The notes below the pieces were generated by a model. It did no database searches, was not told the origin of the DNA, and worked only from the letters and a program-made list of their open reading frames with translations. Shown one piece after another: positions 61,732 through 64,000 of a stretch of 64,000 nt of DNA. The translations under genes were made by a program, and so were the position numbers. This DNA comes from Selaginella moellendorffii. Its lineage: Eukaryota; Plantae; Lycopodiophyta. Position 1 is the stretch's first letter. Every line of letters starts with the position of its first letter. Where the stretch lies: positions 5,800,304-5,864,303 of the forward strand of contig NW_003314262.1 in NCBI RefSeq assembly GCF_000143415.4, given 5' to 3'.

Positions 61732-62580
61732 TTAAGGGGGACAGAATGTGGCAATTATTTCAGAGGCTCCCAAGCACGAATAGCTCGAGGTGTTTGCTTC
61801 GCAAGGATAAGTTGACGACCTTGGGCACGCGTCCTTGAAAGCTCTCGCGTATTGGCTTGGACTGCACTTGAGAGGACAAGTGTATCTCCCCCGGCAGCAG
61901 TACTGATCCTCGTTGAGTCCCAGGCATGGGCTCTTGCAAGCAATCACTCGTCCAATGTTGCTCTTGTCCACCACCGCCAGCTCCTTGGGACACCCAGAGT
62001 TTGCATCGCTGCCGGATTTACAGCCCGCCCAGGAGCACGACGAGTTCCTGGGAGCGATGGAGATGGCCAGATTGTAGCCCTCGAGCAGAGAGACGGAGTA
62101 CCGGGCCGGGAGATTGAGCTGGGCGATGGTGGCTGGCGGAGTTCCACGCTTGGAGCAGGATATATCGCCCGAGCCACAGTCGCCTGTGTCGCAGATGAAT
62201 TTGCTGGTACTGGATCCGGGTGCCTGGCGCCAGGAGCACCCCGTTCTTCCCCAAAACCGGCCCGACCAGTCACGAGGGACGAAGAGCGAGAAGGTCTCGT
62301 CCGCGCTGAGCTCGGTTCCACTCGAAAATGGATTCGACACGCCCGGGTCAGTGGTCCATGCTGCCCACACGGAGAAGGAGCACGAGTTTCTCAGTCGGAT
62401 CAACACGCTGCTGTCTTGGGCTCTCGATCCATGCCCTGTGTCAGAGAAGGTTCGATTTTTGGATCTACGGAAGAAGAAGAAGAAGAGACTTGCCTGCGGC
62501 GAGTGCGAGGAGGAAGACAAGAGCAAAAACTCCACGACACATCTCCAACGTTGTTGATGATGACTTTGGGAATTGCTCAT
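61732..62580 (-). CDS. Thaumatin-like protein (PR-5 family)
   Basis: NSCSFSVWAA, WSGRFWGRTGC, CDTGDCG, PPATIAQ, YSVSLLEGYNL, IACKSPC, DQYCCRG, FKDACPRSSTYP, FCP. Confidence 0.93.
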   Translation of the reverse strand: MSNSQSHHQQRWRCVVEFLLLSSSSHSPQASLFFFFFRRSKNRTFSDTGHGSRAQDSSVLIRLRNSCSFSVWAAWTTDPGVSNPFSSGTELSADETFSLFVPRDWSGRFWGRTGCSWRQAPGSSTSKFICDTGDCGSGDISCSKRGTPPATIAQLNLPARYSVSLLEGYNLAISIAPRNSSCSWAGCKSGSDANSGCPKELAVVDKSNIGRVIACKSPCLGLNEDQYCCRGRYTCPLKCSPSQYARAFKDACPRSSTYPCEANTSSYSCLGASEIIATFCPP

Positions 62581-63227
62581 GCGGTTCTTATAGCAAGCGA
62601 GCCTTTTGACTTGAGACAGTGATGCTGGCGGGCGCTGTTTCGAAAAGTCTTGGTCTCATTGCTGCTGATAAGATTGACAGCTGCTTCATTGAGTGTGACC
62701 GATCACCAGCTTTCGACCGACAACCAGTGAAGGATTAGAATGGTCAATCCTTCATTTCTACGCAGAACCTATCTTCATAGGAGAATTATAGTAAGTTCTT
62801 TCTCATTTTTCATTGTTCTCCAGGACCTCAGTTTGATCGTGTACGAGCGCAAAAGTGCTGAGGCAAGTTCAAGAGCTGATCGAACCACCATATTTAGCCC
62901 ATCTCGCAGTCGGATGTAGAGTCCGAGGTCTGGGACTGGGCTTGGTGGCGTGGGCTAGTGGGATGTCGGGAATGGCATCTGTAATTCATTGCTGTCATGT
63001 CTCTGTCCATATGCTTGTCGTCAGCGCTCCAGGCGGGATGTGAACGATCTAGTAGCACACAAATGCAACCTCTACTTCATCTGTGAGAGTCAAATAGTAA
63101 ATCTACGCTCGGGCAACTTTCTCAAAAATCAAAAATCAAATATGAAGTTTATGAAATTTCTATGAAGTTTGGCCTAAACTTGAGACGTCTCATGTACTGG
63201 ACAGAACGTGGCAGTTATCTCTATATA

Positions 63228-63320
63228 GTTTGCTTCGCAAGGATAACCTTTCCTTGAAAGCTCTCAAGGGGCTGGACAAGCGTAGATCTGCCCGGGCAAC
63301 AGTAGTGATCCTCGTTGAGT
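63228..63320 (-). pseudogene. Short decayed thaumatin-like fragment
   Basis: Matches 61793-61918 (TGCTTCGCAAGGATAA, CCTTGAAAGCTCTC, GATCCTCGTTGAG) with deletions. Confidence 0.6.
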
Positions 63321-64000
63321 TAAATTTCACTTCTGATTTAGAGTCACCTTAATCTCTAATGTCATGAAGTCGTCTGTTTTATCCTCAAGCTTTTCATGCA
63401 GGCAGTTAGTTGAGAGTCTGATATGGTCTTTGAAGAGAAGTGACCAAGAGACGTTTCTCTTGAGCTTTCTATTGAGAAATTCTTTTACAGTGCAAGAGTC
63501 GCGCTCTTGGGACAAATCATATATGTCTTTGTCAGTTGCTAGCTTGAATTCTACCATCACCGTGTATCACATGCAATAAGTATGCAAGAAAACACAGAAG
63601 CATAGATATGACAGACGACCAAAACAATGCATAGTATAATTGTTCAGCGACACAATCTCAGAATCGTCAACACGGAAAATCCTGTAACCATCTGCAAGAA
63701 AACTTATTTTTCCCTGAGATTTCAATTGGTTGCTAGCGAGTAGACAAGAAGTGCGCACGTCACTCTTACATAGCAGTGCCAGGGGCAGCGGCTCACGGAG
63801 CGCTCTCTTCAAGCCCTCGGGCTCCAGGATGGAGAAAGGGAATGGCTTCTAGCCCAAGCTTTGCTATTGTCCATCGCAGCTGCTAAAGCAAACATTCAAG
63901 AAAAGTTACAAGAGCTGAGGGCAAGGAAGATCTTGTCATCGGCCTTGCAGCGCTAGCTCAAGAGGCCCTCGTCCAAGCTCACCCATTGTAGGAATCGAGC

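Noticed and set aside
63327-64000. Minus-strand ORF fragments at the window end
   Set aside because: Possibly exons of a gene extending beyond the window, but an in-frame stop and no recognisable domain prevent a call.

Overview
Land-plant nuclear DNA with very short (about 45-65 bp) GT-AG introns and GC-rich exons. This fits a lycophyte such as Selaginella, but the organism is an inference. Intact host genes: an ARM-repeat protein (6.3-8.0 kb), the thylakoid kinase STN7 (38.5-40.8 kb, 10 exons), an R2R3-MYB (43.9-45.5 kb) and a thaumatin-like protein (61.7-62.6 kb). The 0.8-38 kb region is a mosaic of nested segmental and inverted duplications. It holds seven copies of an uncharacterised two-exon membrane-protein gene, two copies of a very divergent SWEET-like gene with a His/Gln-rich N-terminal extension, and three decayed intron-retaining STN7 copies. 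It also holds a full-length degenerate Ty1/copia element (LTRs, PBS, PPT, GTAAT TSD) with an internally inverted integrase and a nested TRIM, two truncated copies of that element, and its empty pre-insertion site. The most striking object is an 11.7 kb Mutator-like transposon (47815-59508; short TIRs, 8-bp TSD CCTGCTCA). Besides a MULE-SWIM transposase it carries a divergently oriented, intron-containing gene fusing a ParB/Srx-like domain to a beta-class N4C/N6A DNA-methyltransferase-like domain, two paralogous small zinc-finger genes facing inward from either end, and tandem motif arrays. This is a candidate transposon-encoded chromatin/DNA-modification module, although this copy is degenerate. 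All calls were read by eye with no database searches. Pseudogene and relic boundaries are approximate.
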